Shown: positions 1 to 9,368 of the stretch, one piece after another
Numbering within the stretch: position 1 is the first letter of the stretch
Layout: the number at the start of each line of letters is the position of its first letter
Position numbers and translations under genes: made by a program
Notes under the pieces: model-generated
Databases searched by the model: none
What the model was told of the DNA's origin: nothing
The model's input: the letters and a program-made list of their open reading frames with translations, nothing else
IMG/VR virus record: IMGVR_UViG_2675903394_000003
Origin: a virus
Lineage: Duplodnaviria > Heunggongvirae > Uroviricota > Caudoviricetes
DNA length: 29,878 nt
Direction: 5' to 3' (one strand)

Positions 1-219
1 TTACATCCACATAATTTGCTGCCCTGACGGCAACGGGTGCGGCCTTACGGCGTGGACTTCTCCCGGCTTCACGATGTATCGCTGTACCGACTCATAAGTG
101 ATGAACGTGGCGCTGCAATTCACGTTCTGACACTGGTGATAACGCTCTTTTGTCGTGTCAGTGATATAGCGACTTGTACGCGCATGTGCGGCATGCTGGC
201 ATAAAGGACAATGAAACAT
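1..219 (-). CDS. ogr: Ogr, zinc-finger late gene transcription activator (72 aa)
   Basis: Sequence MFHCPLCQHAAHARTSRYITDTTKERYHQCQNVNCSATF with C-x2-C...C-x4-C, recognised as P2 Ogr; ATG confirmed at 217-219; the track ORF start at 282 is an upstream extension. Confidence 0.93.
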   Translation of the reverse strand: MFHCPLCQHAAHARTSRYITDTTKERYHQCQNVNCSATFITYESVQRYIVKPGEVHAVRPHPLPSGQQIMWM

Positions 220-300
220 CGCGAGCACCTCTTCCGGTTTTGTTGATGGTGCCATTTTAGTTAATTTATCCTTATAAAACAAACAGATAAATAAAATACA

Positions 301-1464
301 TCACTCATCATCTTCTGTTTCGTACTCCACATCAGAAAGCCTGACCTCAAGCTCTAAGGACGTCGTGAAGCCGCTATTATTCAGAAAATGTGTCACCTTA
401 GTGATTGTCCAGTCCTGCTCGTCTATGACGCGCTTAAAGCCTGACACTCTGACCGGTGTTTCCGTGTAAATATCTGCCCGACCGGTAGCCAGGCTAATGG
501 AGAACTCCGCAACGCCCCGTTGCAGTTTATCCCACTTCGCCTGAGCGGCGCGCATGGCCTGCGCTTTCGTGGCATATACCGTGGTCAGGGCAAAAACATT
601 GTCAGCCTCACCGGCCATGTATTCACCTTCGCGCGCTTCCGGTACTTTTGGCGCTTTCTTCTGCCTGACCGGTTTCGCTTTCGGGTGCTCCAGTGCGCGC
701 AGGTGTTTTTCTTTCTTTTTGCGTTTCAGTTTTACCTTCTGCTTTTGCGGCTTCGGGTCTTTGGTGTGAAGCCACTTTGCCGTTACGCCGGTATAGGCTC
801 CACGGTCAGCAATCGCAAAATGATGACGGTCGCCGTCGCTGCGGGTGATGATGACCTGCGGGATTTTCTTACCGCTGGCCGTCACCCCCTGCCCCGCCTT
901 AAGAAACAACAGTTTTCCCATTTTTACCGAGACCTCACCGCCGTTGCGTTCTGCAAGACGGGTCAGGAATTTCGCATCAGACTCCTGCGACTGGTCGATG
1001 TGCGGGATTTTAATTCCGGCCAGTGACGGAGCGACACTGGCTTCCAGCCTGTTACGGGTGGCTATCGCCTCAACAATCGCACCGAGCGTGGTGTCATGCC
1101 AGGAGCCTTCCCGGCGGGAATTGAGCGTCCCGCGAAAATCTGCACTCCGGGCGCGGATGGTGACCACATCCGGCGCGCCCCGGTGTTCAACCTCATCAAC
1201 GGTAAATTTCCCTTTGCATACCAGGGCAAAACCTTTCCAGCCGATATACACCGTCAGGACAGCGCCACGAACCGGCAGTCCGACCTGCCCGTCGGCATCG
1301 TTCAGTTCAATATCAAGCTGGTCAGCCTCAAAGCCCCGGTTATCCGTCAGAGTCATGCTCATCAGACGGTCGCTGATATTGCCGGTAATATCCCTGCTGT
1401 CGAGCATCAGCATGTAATCCGGCGTCAGCGTACTGCCTGCATCAAATGTCAGTGCATCCAGCAT
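301..1464 (-). CDS. D: Tail protein D (late control gene D family), 387 aa
   Basis: Size and position between U and ogr; lysine-rich internal segment; ATG at 1462-1464 overlapping the U stop. Confidence 0.92.
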   Translation of the reverse strand: MLDALTFDAGSTLTPDYMLMLDSRDITGNISDRLMSMTLTDNRGFEADQLDIELNDADGQVGLPVRGAVLTVYIGWKGFALVCKGKFTVDEVEHRGAPDVVTIRARSADFRGTLNSRREGSWHDTTLGAIVEAIATRNRLEASVAPSLAGIKIPHIDQSQESDAKFLTRLAERNGGEVSVKMGKLLFLKAGQGVTASGKKIPQVIITRSDGDRHHFAIADRGAYTGVTAKWLHTKDPKPQKQKVKLKRKKKEKHLRALEHPKAKPVRQKKAPKVPEAREGEYMAGEADNVFALTTVYATKAQAMRAAQAKWDKLQRGVAEFSISLATGRADIYTETPVRVSGFKRVIDEQDWTITKVTHFLNNSGFTTSLELEVRLSDVEYETEDDE

Positions 1465-1943
1465 TATCCCGCCCCCGTCATACCTGTGAATTTAGTCGCC
1501 ATACTGCCAGCCTTACCGATGAGCGATTCCGCCTGTTTACCGATATCGCCATAAAGCGCGGCCAGTGATTCGTCAACGCGGGTGAGCGACAGCGTAAAAT
1601 CAATTTTTCGGGGTGTGCCGTCTGCAAAGAAAATACTCCCTGTTTCACTCACCTTGCTGATGACATACATGCCGTAAATCATGCCAGTGCCATCCAGCAA
1701 CGGCCACGCCCGGCCTTCATCTGCCATCAGCCTGAGCGTGGTCATCGTCAGCTTGCCGCCAGTCAGTTCGGGATAAAGCACACCGGCAAGCGTCATGTTT
1801 TCCTCACCCACACCGAGAAACTGGTAGGCATCCCGTTTACCGATACGGGAATTTGACGGCCAGCGATAATCTGATTCACGCTGCATGGTCTGGTGTGGCA
1901 GCGTCTGGCGCATAAAAACAAACATACCTAACGCGAGCATCAT
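1464..1943 (-). CDS. U: Tail protein U, 159 aa
   Basis: Synteny T-U-D, length as P2 gpU, ATG confirmed. Confidence 0.9.
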   Translation of the reverse strand: MMLALGMFVFMRQTLPHQTMQRESDYRWPSNSRIGKRDAYQFLGVGEENMTLAGVLYPELTGGKLTMTTLRLMADEGRAWPLLDGTGMIYGMYVISKVSETGSIFFADGTPRKIDFTLSLTRVDESLAALYGDIGKQAESLIGKAGSMATKFTGMTGAG

Positions 1944-1957
1944 TTTTCGTCACCTCC

Positions 1958-4405
1958 TTAACCGTCATGCATCATGCTGGCACGGGCGCGCGCACGTTTA
2001 TCCCGCTCGTATTTTTCGAGCGCATCCTGTAACTGGCGGTCAAGCTGTGTCCCCGGCGCAGTACCACCCGTCAGGCTGATGTGATATTCGTTTTTACTCT
2101 GGTCTACATAAGAGCGGCCAGCCGGTGCCGTGACCGGCTGATAAGCCTGATAGCCTGCATAAGAGCTGGTCGCCGGAATATAACCACCGGTGCCATACGT
2201 GGCGGCATTAGTCCTTGCGGCGGTCTGGTCAAGTGTGTCTGACTCTTTGTTGATAACACCGAGTTTTTCCAGTACCCAGTCAATACCACTGCGCAGTTTG
2301 TTGAACGCATTAAGCGGCAGCATCAACGCGTCAGCCAGTGCCTGCCCGAACATGACGCCCGTGTCACGGCAACGGTTCAGGGTGTCCTGTGTGGCTTTAA
2401 CCGGGGCAATCAGGTTTTTAAACCACTGCCACGCGGCCTGTAACTTTTCGCCCAGCCAGTCAAACACCGGCTTCAGTGGCGTGAACAGTTCCCCCACCGG
2501 CGCAAATGCCGCTTTCAGCCCTTCAACCACACCGCCAAAGAATGCGCTGACAGGCTCCCAGTATTTACGGATAAGCAACGCCCCGGCGACAATGGCAGCC
2601 ACCACGGCCACAACCGGCCAGCTAATAGCCCCGATGGCGGTCATAACAGCACTGCCAACCGTCGTGAAGATTGCCCCCATTGCGCCTGCTGCCGCGATGA
2701 TGGCATTGATGCCGGTGATAACCGGCCAGGCTACGAGGCCAATGGCACCGATGACACCAGTCAGCGCCAGTGCACCACCGACAATGAGGCCGATGGTTGA
2801 CGCCAGTGATTTGTTTTTCTGGATCCAGCCGTCGAGTTTTAACACATACTTTGTGGCCGTCTGCGTGAGATTACGCAGTGCGCCTTCCTGCTGGTCAAAC
2901 AGGTCAGTTCCCACCGCCTCATAAGCGGACTGAAACTCCTTAAAGTCACCGCCGAGGTTATCCTGCATGATTTTAACCAGCTCTTCCGTTTTACCGTCCG
3001 AGGCTTTCAGCGTGGCGGTCAGCTTATCCAGTTTTCCGCTTGCTGCCGCTGCCAGTAAAACGTTCGCTGATTTCAGGGCTTCCTCACCAAAAATGGTTTT
3101 AAGGTATTCCCCCTTCTGAGACGTTCCCAGCTTGTGTTTATCAAAGCTGGCCTGAATCTCTTTCAGAATGGTGAACAACGGACGCATATTTCCCTTTTTG
3201 TCCGAGGTTTTAACGCCAAGCTCTTTGAGTGCATCCCATGCTTTTCCAGTCGGTGCCTGTAATCGGGTGACAACGGCGCTGCTACCCGTCCCCGCCATTG
3301 ACCCCCTGATGTTATTGTCATGCAGCACACCTGTCATGGCTGCTGCCTGTTCAAGACTTACACCTGCCGTCTTCGCAACCGGGCCGAGGTAAGTCAGTGC
3401 ATCACTGAGTCCCTGAAAATCAGCCGCCGACTTATTCATCGTTGCCGACAACACGTCGCCCACATGGCTGACATCATCATTTGACAGTTGAAACGATGCC
3501 TTAGTCCCCAGCAACAGTTGCGCGTTTTCTTCCATCGACCGCTGATTCGCCAGTGCCATATTCAGCGTGACCGGCGTTGCCGCCTGAATAGCCGCAGCAT
3601 CTCCACCCGCTTTCGCAATAATAATCTGCGCACCGGCCGCATCATCCGCCGAGGCGGCGGTATTGTCGCCGAGCTGGCGCGCCTGTTTGCGTAATGCGGC
3701 CATTTCGGTGGAGTCTTTTGCCACACCGAGCACGGCCTGTAATTCTGAGTTTTTCTGCGCAAACTCATAACCGGGCATCAGCAGCTTAACTCCGGCCATC
3801 GTTCCCGCCGCCGCAATCCCCACACCGGCAGCGCCTACTGAGGCCATATTTCCGGCCAGTTCCTTTCCTGCCTGATAACGCTGTTTGACTGCGTTAAGTT
3901 TTGCCTGTTGTGCACTGACACGCGCCAGCGCGTCACGCTGACGGTTAAGCTGGGCGGTGGTTTCACTGATACGGTTTTTCAGCCCTCGTTCATCATGCGC
4001 CAGATTACGGGTATTAATACCCGCCTGACTCAATTCCTGACGCTGGCGCTGTACCGACAATCTCAGGCTGTTATATTTCGCCTGTAACTCAGACACATTT
4101 TTACGCGCGGCTTCCATTGCCTTTGCCTGTGCATTTGTCGGTCGTTCAGTATTTTTAAACTGGACAGCCAGAGCTGCGGCTTCCTGTCTGGCTTTTTTCA
4201 GTTCCTGACCAGTCACGGCGAGCTGTGCACTGGTCTTGCGAAATCCCTCAATACGGGATGCCTGACCGTTCAGCTCGCGCAGTGATTTTTGTGTGTCCCG
4301 GATATCCCCCGACAGCGACTTACTCGCTGTACGGATGGATTTAAACGGGCGGGATGCCTGGTCAACAGCCCTGAGCAATACCTGTAATTTTACATTGTTA
4401 CTCAT
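1958..4405 (-). CDS. T: Tail tape measure protein T, 815 aa
   Basis: Length identical to P2 gpT; coiled-coil-rich N-terminal half and Gly/Ala-rich hydrophobic segment; follows E/E'. Confidence 0.93.
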   Translation of the reverse strand: MSNNVKLQVLLRAVDQASRPFKSIRTASKSLSGDIRDTQKSLRELNGQASRIEGFRKTSAQLAVTGQELKKARQEAAALAVQFKNTERPTNAQAKAMEAARKNVSELQAKYNSLRLSVQRQRQELSQAGINTRNLAHDERGLKNRISETTAQLNRQRDALARVSAQQAKLNAVKQRYQAGKELAGNMASVGAAGVGIAAAGTMAGVKLLMPGYEFAQKNSELQAVLGVAKDSTEMAALRKQARQLGDNTAASADDAAGAQIIIAKAGGDAAAIQAATPVTLNMALANQRSMEENAQLLLGTKASFQLSNDDVSHVGDVLSATMNKSAADFQGLSDALTYLGPVAKTAGVSLEQAAAMTGVLHDNNIRGSMAGTGSSAVVTRLQAPTGKAWDALKELGVKTSDKKGNMRPLFTILKEIQASFDKHKLGTSQKGEYLKTIFGEEALKSANVLLAAAASGKLDKLTATLKASDGKTEELVKIMQDNLGGDFKEFQSAYEAVGTDLFDQQEGALRNLTQTATKYVLKLDGWIQKNKSLASTIGLIVGGALALTGVIGAIGLVAWPVITGINAIIAAAGAMGAIFTTVGSAVMTAIGAISWPVVAVVAAIVAGALLIRKYWEPVSAFFGGVVEGLKAAFAPVGELFTPLKPVFDWLGEKLQAAWQWFKNLIAPVKATQDTLNRCRDTGVMFGQALADALMLPLNAFNKLRSGIDWVLEKLGVINKESDTLDQTAARTNAATYGTGGYIPATSSYAGYQAYQPVTAPAGRSYVDQSKNEYHISLTGGTAPGTQLDRQLQDALEKYERDKRARARASMMHDG

Positions 4406-4825
4406 TCGTGTTTCCGCTTCGCCGGAGCGCCTTTTCGCGCCATGTGATGAGTTCGGTCAGGCTCATGGGATACAGTTCTGATGGCGGCCAGTGAAATACC
4501 ACTGCCACATCCGCCATCAGGTCATCGACCGACAGATTTTTCGGAAACGTCACTGCACCGAGTTCGGCGACAAAAAACCGACCACCTTACCGGCCAGCGC
4601 CACAAGGTCAGGCAGTTCCAGCGCGGCGACTTCCTGCTCGGTCAGCATCGGTGCCGTCATGCGCGGCAGCACCTTAATCAGTGCATCGACTTCGGAGTTT
4701 GCAACCGCAGCCAGACTGACACCGCGCAGCGTCCCGGCATTGGGTTTCATCAGCGTGACCTGTTCGATAACCTGCTCACCACGTTTGACCGGATTTTCCA
4801 GGGTAATGACATTTTCTTTGTTCAT
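4398..4825 (-). CDS. E+E': E+E' tail chaperone made by programmed -1 ribosomal frameshift (predicted 142 aa)
   Basis: Slippery heptamer T_TTT_TTG on the minus strand (plus 4571-4577) at E codons 84-85; the -1 frame stays open for 57 codons to a TAA at 4398-4400 that overlaps the T start; 85+57=142 aa as in P2. Confidence 0.8.
4550..4825 (-). CDS. E: Tail assembly chaperone E, 91 aa
   Basis: Sequence MNKENVITLENPVKRGEQV... matches P2 gpE; ATG confirmed. Confidence 0.92.
   Translation of the reverse strand: MNKENVITLENPVKRGEQVIEQVTLMKPNAGTLRGVSLAAVANSEVDALIKVLPRMTAPMLTEQEVAALELPDLVALAGKVVGFLSPNSVQ
4571..4577 (-). other. Slippery site TTTTTTG for the E/E' -1 frameshift
   Basis: Read directly from the minus-strand sequence; X_XXY_YYZ in the E frame (GGT TTT TTG). 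Confidence 0.8.
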
Positions 4826-4881
4826 GGTTTTCTCACTTCTGAATCAGGGTTAACCGGTCAGCCTGGCTGACCGTATGAAAA

Positions 4882-5400
4882 TCACAGGCCGATATTTCGG
4901 CGGTGTTGCTCCAGCCGGTCGACGCCGTTCACCTTCTCAATCATGTTGATGGTGTCGATTTCGACCAGCTCCTTACCGTCCATCGTCAGCCGGAAATAAG
5001 TACAAATCACCGGGAGTTTCGATTCGGTATCCTCTCCCTGTTTACCCTCTCCGGTGTCGACTTCTTTCTGACGCCCACGCATGACCACTTCGACGGCCAC
5101 CGTTTCGCCGGTATCGTCGCGCTGGTAAGAACCAGCAAAACGAATCGGTACGGCATCAGCACTGGTTGCAGCGTAAAGCTCCCAGATAACCGAATCCGGG
5201 AATCCACCGAGCGACCACTCCATTGACAGCGCATCATCATCAAGGCCGAGGTCTACCGGTGCGCTGCCGTTCATTCCCGCACCGCGATAATTTTCGAGCT
5301 TACGGGTCAGTTTTGGCAGCGTGACGGAATTTGCAACGCCCTGATAGCTGTAGCCGTTCAGAAAGACATTCATGTATTTGAGTTTGCGCGGCATTGCCAT
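4882..5400 (-). CDS. FII: Tail tube protein FII, 172 aa
   Basis: Synteny and length as P2 FII; ATG confirmed. Confidence 0.92.
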   Translation of the reverse strand: MAMPRKLKYMNVFLNGYSYQGVANSVTLPKLTRKLENYRGAGMNGSAPVDLGLDDDALSMEWSLGGFPDSVIWELYAATSADAVPIRFAGSYQRDDTGETVAVEVVMRGRQKEVDTGEGKQGEDTESKLPVICTYFRLTMDGKELVEIDTINMIEKVNGVDRLEQHRRNIGL

Positions 5401-5412
5401 CGGTCAGGCTCC

Positions 5413-6603
5413 TTAATTGCTGTTAACCGAGGTGACCAGATTTGCCAGGTATTTATCGGTGATACGCTGGCGCAGGGTCAGGTTTTCGAGAGGAGGCACC
5501 GGGGTATAGTCGTAGTCGATATACAGTTTTCCGGCCTTGAGGGTTTCCGCATCGTTGGATTCTTCGCTGAACCAGCAGGTCGCATCCACGATATAGCCGT
5601 TTGTTTTCAGCTCACGGAATTTGGCATTGATGCCGTCAACGATGTCGCGAATCAGCGTTGCGGTGATGGGCTTGTCCACCGCCCACATGTGCGCCTCAGC
5701 CATCGTGTCGGCCAGCACCTGCGCGGTGCGGGTGTAGTTTTCAAAGAGGAACAGCGGGTCATCAGAGCAGGTACGGTTACCCCAGAAGCGGAAACCGTCA
5801 CGGCGAATCAGCGTTGTGACGCCTGACTCGTTCAACAGGTCAGCATCGGTGTCGGACTCCTGCAAATCCCAGAATACGGACGCACTGATGCCGGTAACAC
5901 CGTTTACCCCGACGTTGGACAGCGTTTTATGCCAGCCCTGCTCCTGGTCGATTTTAGCGCGCAGACCCAGCGCACGGGCGGTGGCATACGCGGTGGCGGT
6001 GGTACTGGTGACCGTATCCCATGCGAGGAAATCCGGCCAGATGACCATCAGCTCACGCTGACTGAAATTCTGGCGATAGGCTTTCACCTCGGAAATGGTC
6101 TTACAGCCCCATGCGCTGATATATCCGAAAGCGCGCAGCTTCTGACAGACTGATGCCAGTGCAACAGCCACCTCTTTGGTATCCAGCCCCGGCACACCAA
6201 GAATACGCGGTTTAACACCGGTTACCGACTCCGCCGCCAGCAGGGCTTTCAGTCCGGTGTACTGACCGTTTTCGTCGGTGGTGCCGATGATATTGGAAAC
6301 GGTCTGCGCGAGTTTCGTTTCCTCGTCGTCGCCGGTGCCGTCTTCCACACGCACGACAACGGTGACCGGTTTTGACTGGTCGGCGATGGCCTGCAACGAT
6401 GCCGCCAGCGTGCCTTTTTTACCAGCCTTTGCAATTGCGCTCTGCACATTGGTAATCAGCACCGGTTTATTGAGGGGGAAGGTTTCCGCATCCGCATCGC
6501 TGGCTGTGCAGACCATGCCGACAATGGCCGTGGATACGGTGGAAATGACGCGGGTGCCGTCGTTAATCTCCAGCACCTGCACGCCGTGATGATAGTCACT
6601 CAT
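5413..6603 (-). CDS. FI: Contractile tail sheath protein FI, 396 aa
   Basis: Synteny and length as P2 FI; ATG confirmed. Confidence 0.93.
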   Translation of the reverse strand: MSDYHHGVQVLEINDGTRVISTVSTAIVGMVCTASDADAETFPLNKPVLITNVQSAIAKAGKKGTLAASLQAIADQSKPVTVVVRVEDGTGDDEETKLAQTVSNIIGTTDENGQYTGLKALLAAESVTGVKPRILGVPGLDTKEVAVALASVCQKLRAFGYISAWGCKTISEVKAYRQNFSQRELMVIWPDFLAWDTVTSTTATAYATARALGLRAKIDQEQGWHKTLSNVGVNGVTGISASVFWDLQESDTDADLLNESGVTTLIRRDGFRFWGNRTCSDDPLFLFENYTRTAQVLADTMAEAHMWAVDKPITATLIRDIVDGINAKFRELKTNGYIVDATCWFSEESNDAETLKAGKLYIDYDYTPVPPLENLTLRQRITDKYLANLVTSVNSN

Positions 6604-6703
6604 CCGTTTAACTCCGTGGTTAATGGGTGAGTGGTATTTTCAGTTGTGCCGGAGATGTCAGGCTATTTGTCCCGGTTGGCTAATCGACAGCACAACCACC
6701 GAT

Positions 6704-6729
6704 AAAGAAAAAGCGGACAATAAGCCCGC
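6704..6729 (-). terminator. Probable rho-independent terminator downstream of G
   Basis: Minus strand reads GCGGGC-TTATT-GTCCGC (one mismatch in the stem) followed by TTTTTCTTT, 8 nt after the G stop. Confidence 0.5.
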
Positions 6730-6736
6730 CTTGTGT

Positions 6737-7264
6737 TTATTGCGGCATTTCCGGCCATTCAGGATTTGCAGGATCCACACGACTGACCAGAACGCTGTAG
6801 CGTTCCCATGCTTCCAGTCGGCGGCGCTCCTCATCTGTTGCCATATTCAGCCTGACAGCGCGCTCCAGCGGCAAAATCACGGATTCAGCTTCGGAAAGTA
6901 AAGTTGCCTTTTGTGATTCTGCCAGTTGCTGCTGTTCGTCTGCCGTATAAATCCGCTTAATCACGGCACCATCCTTAAACATCCATTTACCTGAGTCATC
7001 AGCACGTCGGTTGGCGGTAATATCAGGAACCTCGGCAACGCTAAAACCTTCAGGGTTAAGCGTTGAAGCATCTCTGGTGATGCCGACAATTATATTATTC
7101 TCGTCGTAAACAATCTTTATCGTGTCTTCCTGAAAATTACTTACTTCCTCATACCAGTTTTTTCCGTCTTCAGACCATAACCAGATAACATCAAAATTTT
7201 TTGTCAGTTGATATTGGGCAACAGTTTTGGGATTACCCGCAGTAATATTTTTTAAATGCTGCAT
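6737..7264 (-). CDS. G: Tail fiber assembly protein G, 175 aa
   Basis: Position directly downstream of H, length as P2 gpG; N-terminal part is AT-rich. Confidence 0.88.
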   Translation of the reverse strand: MQHLKNITAGNPKTVAQYQLTKNFDVIWLWSEDGKNWYEEVSNFQEDTIKIVYDENNIIVGITRDASTLNPEGFSVAEVPDITANRRADDSGKWMFKDGAVIKRIYTADEQQQLAESQKATLLSEAESVILPLERAVRLNMATDEERRRLEAWERYSVLVSRVDPANPEWPEMPQ

Positions 7265-7267
7265 AAA

Positions 7268-9358
7268 TTACACCTGTGCGACGTTATACCATGTGCCATT
7301 AATGTATTTTTGTATTGGTCTGAATACTGCCGGATCATCGCCATCAACTTCGCCGACAATGCCAAGCCCTGTAATTACATGGCCTGATTTCTCATACATC
7401 ACGCCTTTTTGCATGGTCTGAACAACACGCGTACCCAGGCGAACATCTTTCACATAGCGGGAATCAAAATTTCCGTAATCTGATGGGTTAACACGTCCAG
7501 TAACACTCAGGCCATGCCCCATTGACACTCCGCCATTGGCGTTATTGATAGTCAGCGGTCTTAAACCGTTCCATGTTCCAAATTTATCGCCAGAGGCCGT
7601 CAGCATTAAATATGTGCTGCCGCCATCATTCCTGATAAAGAATCCATAATTGCCATAAGCAATGCGCAGACCATTAGCACTGAGCGATGTAATTTCACCT
7701 CTTGAACGAAGACCATAAGCAGAGCTGAGTGATAATTCTTCCTGAGCATCAGTATTACCTGTCGCCCAGCGAATTACCCCGCCCTGTACTGTTTCATGCC
7801 AGATAGTGTCTCCTTCTCCACCACGAAACTTTCTGAGATATTTTTTGCCGCCTCTGGTGCCGGAACATAAGGCCGTAGACATATAGGCATTCTGGCTTCC
7901 ACTATCCTGATTAATAGTTCCAGACATAGAATCGCCGTAACGGTTCCAGTCACGCCGCCAGCCAGGAGCATAGTTGTCCCCGTGGTTAATATAAGTAAAT
8001 TGCGCGCTTGTAGCGCCCCCACCGCTTGATGTTGTTGGTGTGGTAATACGAATAGTCATTGCAGACTTTATGCCCATTACCTCAATAACAGCGCCAGCAA
8101 GATGAATATTGCCACAGCCAGTATCGGTAATAAGTTTATTATTGGCATATGACCAGGAGCCTTTACACATCCAGTATGGGTGATTAAAAGCACCTACCGA
8201 ATCAAGCCACTCAATAAACTGGGCTGTAGTCCAGTCTCCACCTTCGGTGCTCAAAGCGCCGCTATAAGCACGACAGGCACCAATATTTTTCGTGAAAGTA
8301 TCCTTTCCCGGAATATCCGCACCGTTCTTATCTTTCTGAAGACGTTTTTCAGCATTATCATAGGCAGACTTCACCGCTTTTGGCGTTGCAGCCAGCGTTT
8401 CAGAATCGCTGTTGATGGCACTACTGAGCTGAACAAGACCTTTCCGCGCCGTGGTGGCATCCTGTGCAGTGTATTTCCCGTTAGCAAGGTCATACGCTGT
8501 CTTAACCGCCTTTGGCGTTGCCGCAAGCGTTTCAGAATCGCTGTTGGTGGCGCTACTGAGCTGGACAAGGCCTTTTCGCGCTGTGGTGGCGTCCTGTGCG
8601 GTATATTTCCCGTTAGCCAGGTCATATGCTGCTTTTACCGCTTTTGGCGTTGCGGCGAGCGTTTCAGACGTGCTGTTGGTGGCACTACTGAGCTGGACAA
8701 GGCCTTTTCGCGCTGTGGTGGCGTCCTGTGCGGTATATTTCCCGTTAGCCAGGTCATACGCGGCCTTTACCGCTTTCGGCGTTGCGGCCAGTGTTTCAGA
8801 CGTACTGTTGGTCGCACTGCTTAACTGAGTAAAACCTTTTTCGGTCAGCGAGGCGTCCGGGTGACGTCGTGACTGTTCGTGCTCTGCAATTTTGTCATCA
8901 ACGTAATCCTGCGTCGCCATCACCGTTGTGGTGTCAATGGTCAGCGCCACTGAGGCCACACTGCTGACGATGATGACCATGCGGCAGGTCTGCGAACGCC
9001 CTGAGCCTTCGGCAAGGGCAGGCTTATAACTTTCGGCCATGTTCGCCACGGCAATTAACGTTCCCGCATCATCGTACAGGCCAAGCTCACGCATCCAGAA
9101 ACCGCCCACCTCCGGCGGAATAACCAGCTCTGCGATAATATAATTACTGTTTCGTTTGTCCTGGCTGATTTTGTTCAGCGCATGTCGCCAGACTTCATGG
9201 ATAAGCCCGGTCTGTCCGGCATCCGGGACAGGCAATTTACCACCGCCATCCCCGACGGCCATCGTGGTAATATTGACCTTCCGCCCTCCCGGCGCGGTTG
9301 CCGCTGCCAGCTTTGCTGCACCGGCAGTGGTGATAACGGTTTTGAATTTTGTGCTCAT
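7268..9358 (-). CDS. H: Tail fiber protein H, 696 aa, with four tandem ~44-aa repeats and a divergent C-terminal receptor-binding region
   Basis: N-terminus MSTKFKTVITTAGAAKLAAATAPGG... recognised as P2 H; repeats of TAQDATTARKGLVQLSSATNSxSETLAATPKAVKAAYDLANGKY. Confidence 0.92.
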   Translation of the reverse strand: MSTKFKTVITTAGAAKLAAATAPGGRKVNITTMAVGDGGGKLPVPDAGQTGLIHEVWRHALNKISQDKRNSNYIIAELVIPPEVGGFWMRELGLYDDAGTLIAVANMAESYKPALAEGSGRSQTCRMVIIVSSVASVALTIDTTTVMATQDYVDDKIAEHEQSRRHPDASLTEKGFTQLSSATNSTSETLAATPKAVKAAYDLANGKYTAQDATTARKGLVQLSSATNSTSETLAATPKAVKAAYDLANGKYTAQDATTARKGLVQLSSATNSDSETLAATPKAVKTAYDLANGKYTAQDATTARKGLVQLSSAINSDSETLAATPKAVKSAYDNAEKRLQKDKNGADIPGKDTFTKNIGACRAYSGALSTEGGDWTTAQFIEWLDSVGAFNHPYWMCKGSWSYANNKLITDTGCGNIHLAGAVIEVMGIKSAMTIRITTPTTSSGGGATSAQFTYINHGDNYAPGWRRDWNRYGDSMSGTINQDSGSQNAYMSTALCSGTRGGKKYLRKFRGGEGDTIWHETVQGGVIRWATGNTDAQEELSLSSAYGLRSRGEITSLSANGLRIAYGNYGFFIRNDGGSTYLMLTASGDKFGTWNGLRPLTINNANGGVSMGHGLSVTGRVNPSDYGNFDSRYVKDVRLGTRVVQTMQKGVMYEKSGHVITGLGIVGEVDGDDPAVFRPIQKYINGTWYNVAQV
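8377..8830. repeat. About 3.5 tandem copies of a 132-bp repeat inside H
   Basis: Near-identical 132-bp units starting near 8377, 8509, 8641 and 8773; they also generate spurious plus-strand ORFs 8180..8824 and 8451..8828. Confidence 0.85.
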
Positions 9359-9368
9359 TATTCCTCAC

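Noticed and set aside
520-1554. Plus-strand ORFs (520..1026, 554..769, 845..1417, 1096..1554) antisense to gene D
   Set aside because: They lie entirely within the well-supported minus-strand D gene, have no recognisable domains, and are typical antisense artefacts of GC-rich coding sequence.
2190-2924. Plus-strand 244-aa ORF antisense to T, rich in Ala/Thr/Pro
   Set aside because: Antisense to the tape measure gene; low-complexity translation of the complementary strand of a Gly/Ala-rich region.
6623-6901. Plus-strand 92-aa ORF starting in the G-FI intergenic region
   Set aside because: Runs antisense into gene G and has a Cys/Arg-rich low-complexity translation; the interval is better explained as terminator/promoter DNA.
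8180-8828. Plus-strand ORFs with internally repeated sequence (214 aa and 125 aa)
   Set aside because: Generated by the 132-bp tandem repeats of tail fiber gene H read on the opposite strand; not independent genes.
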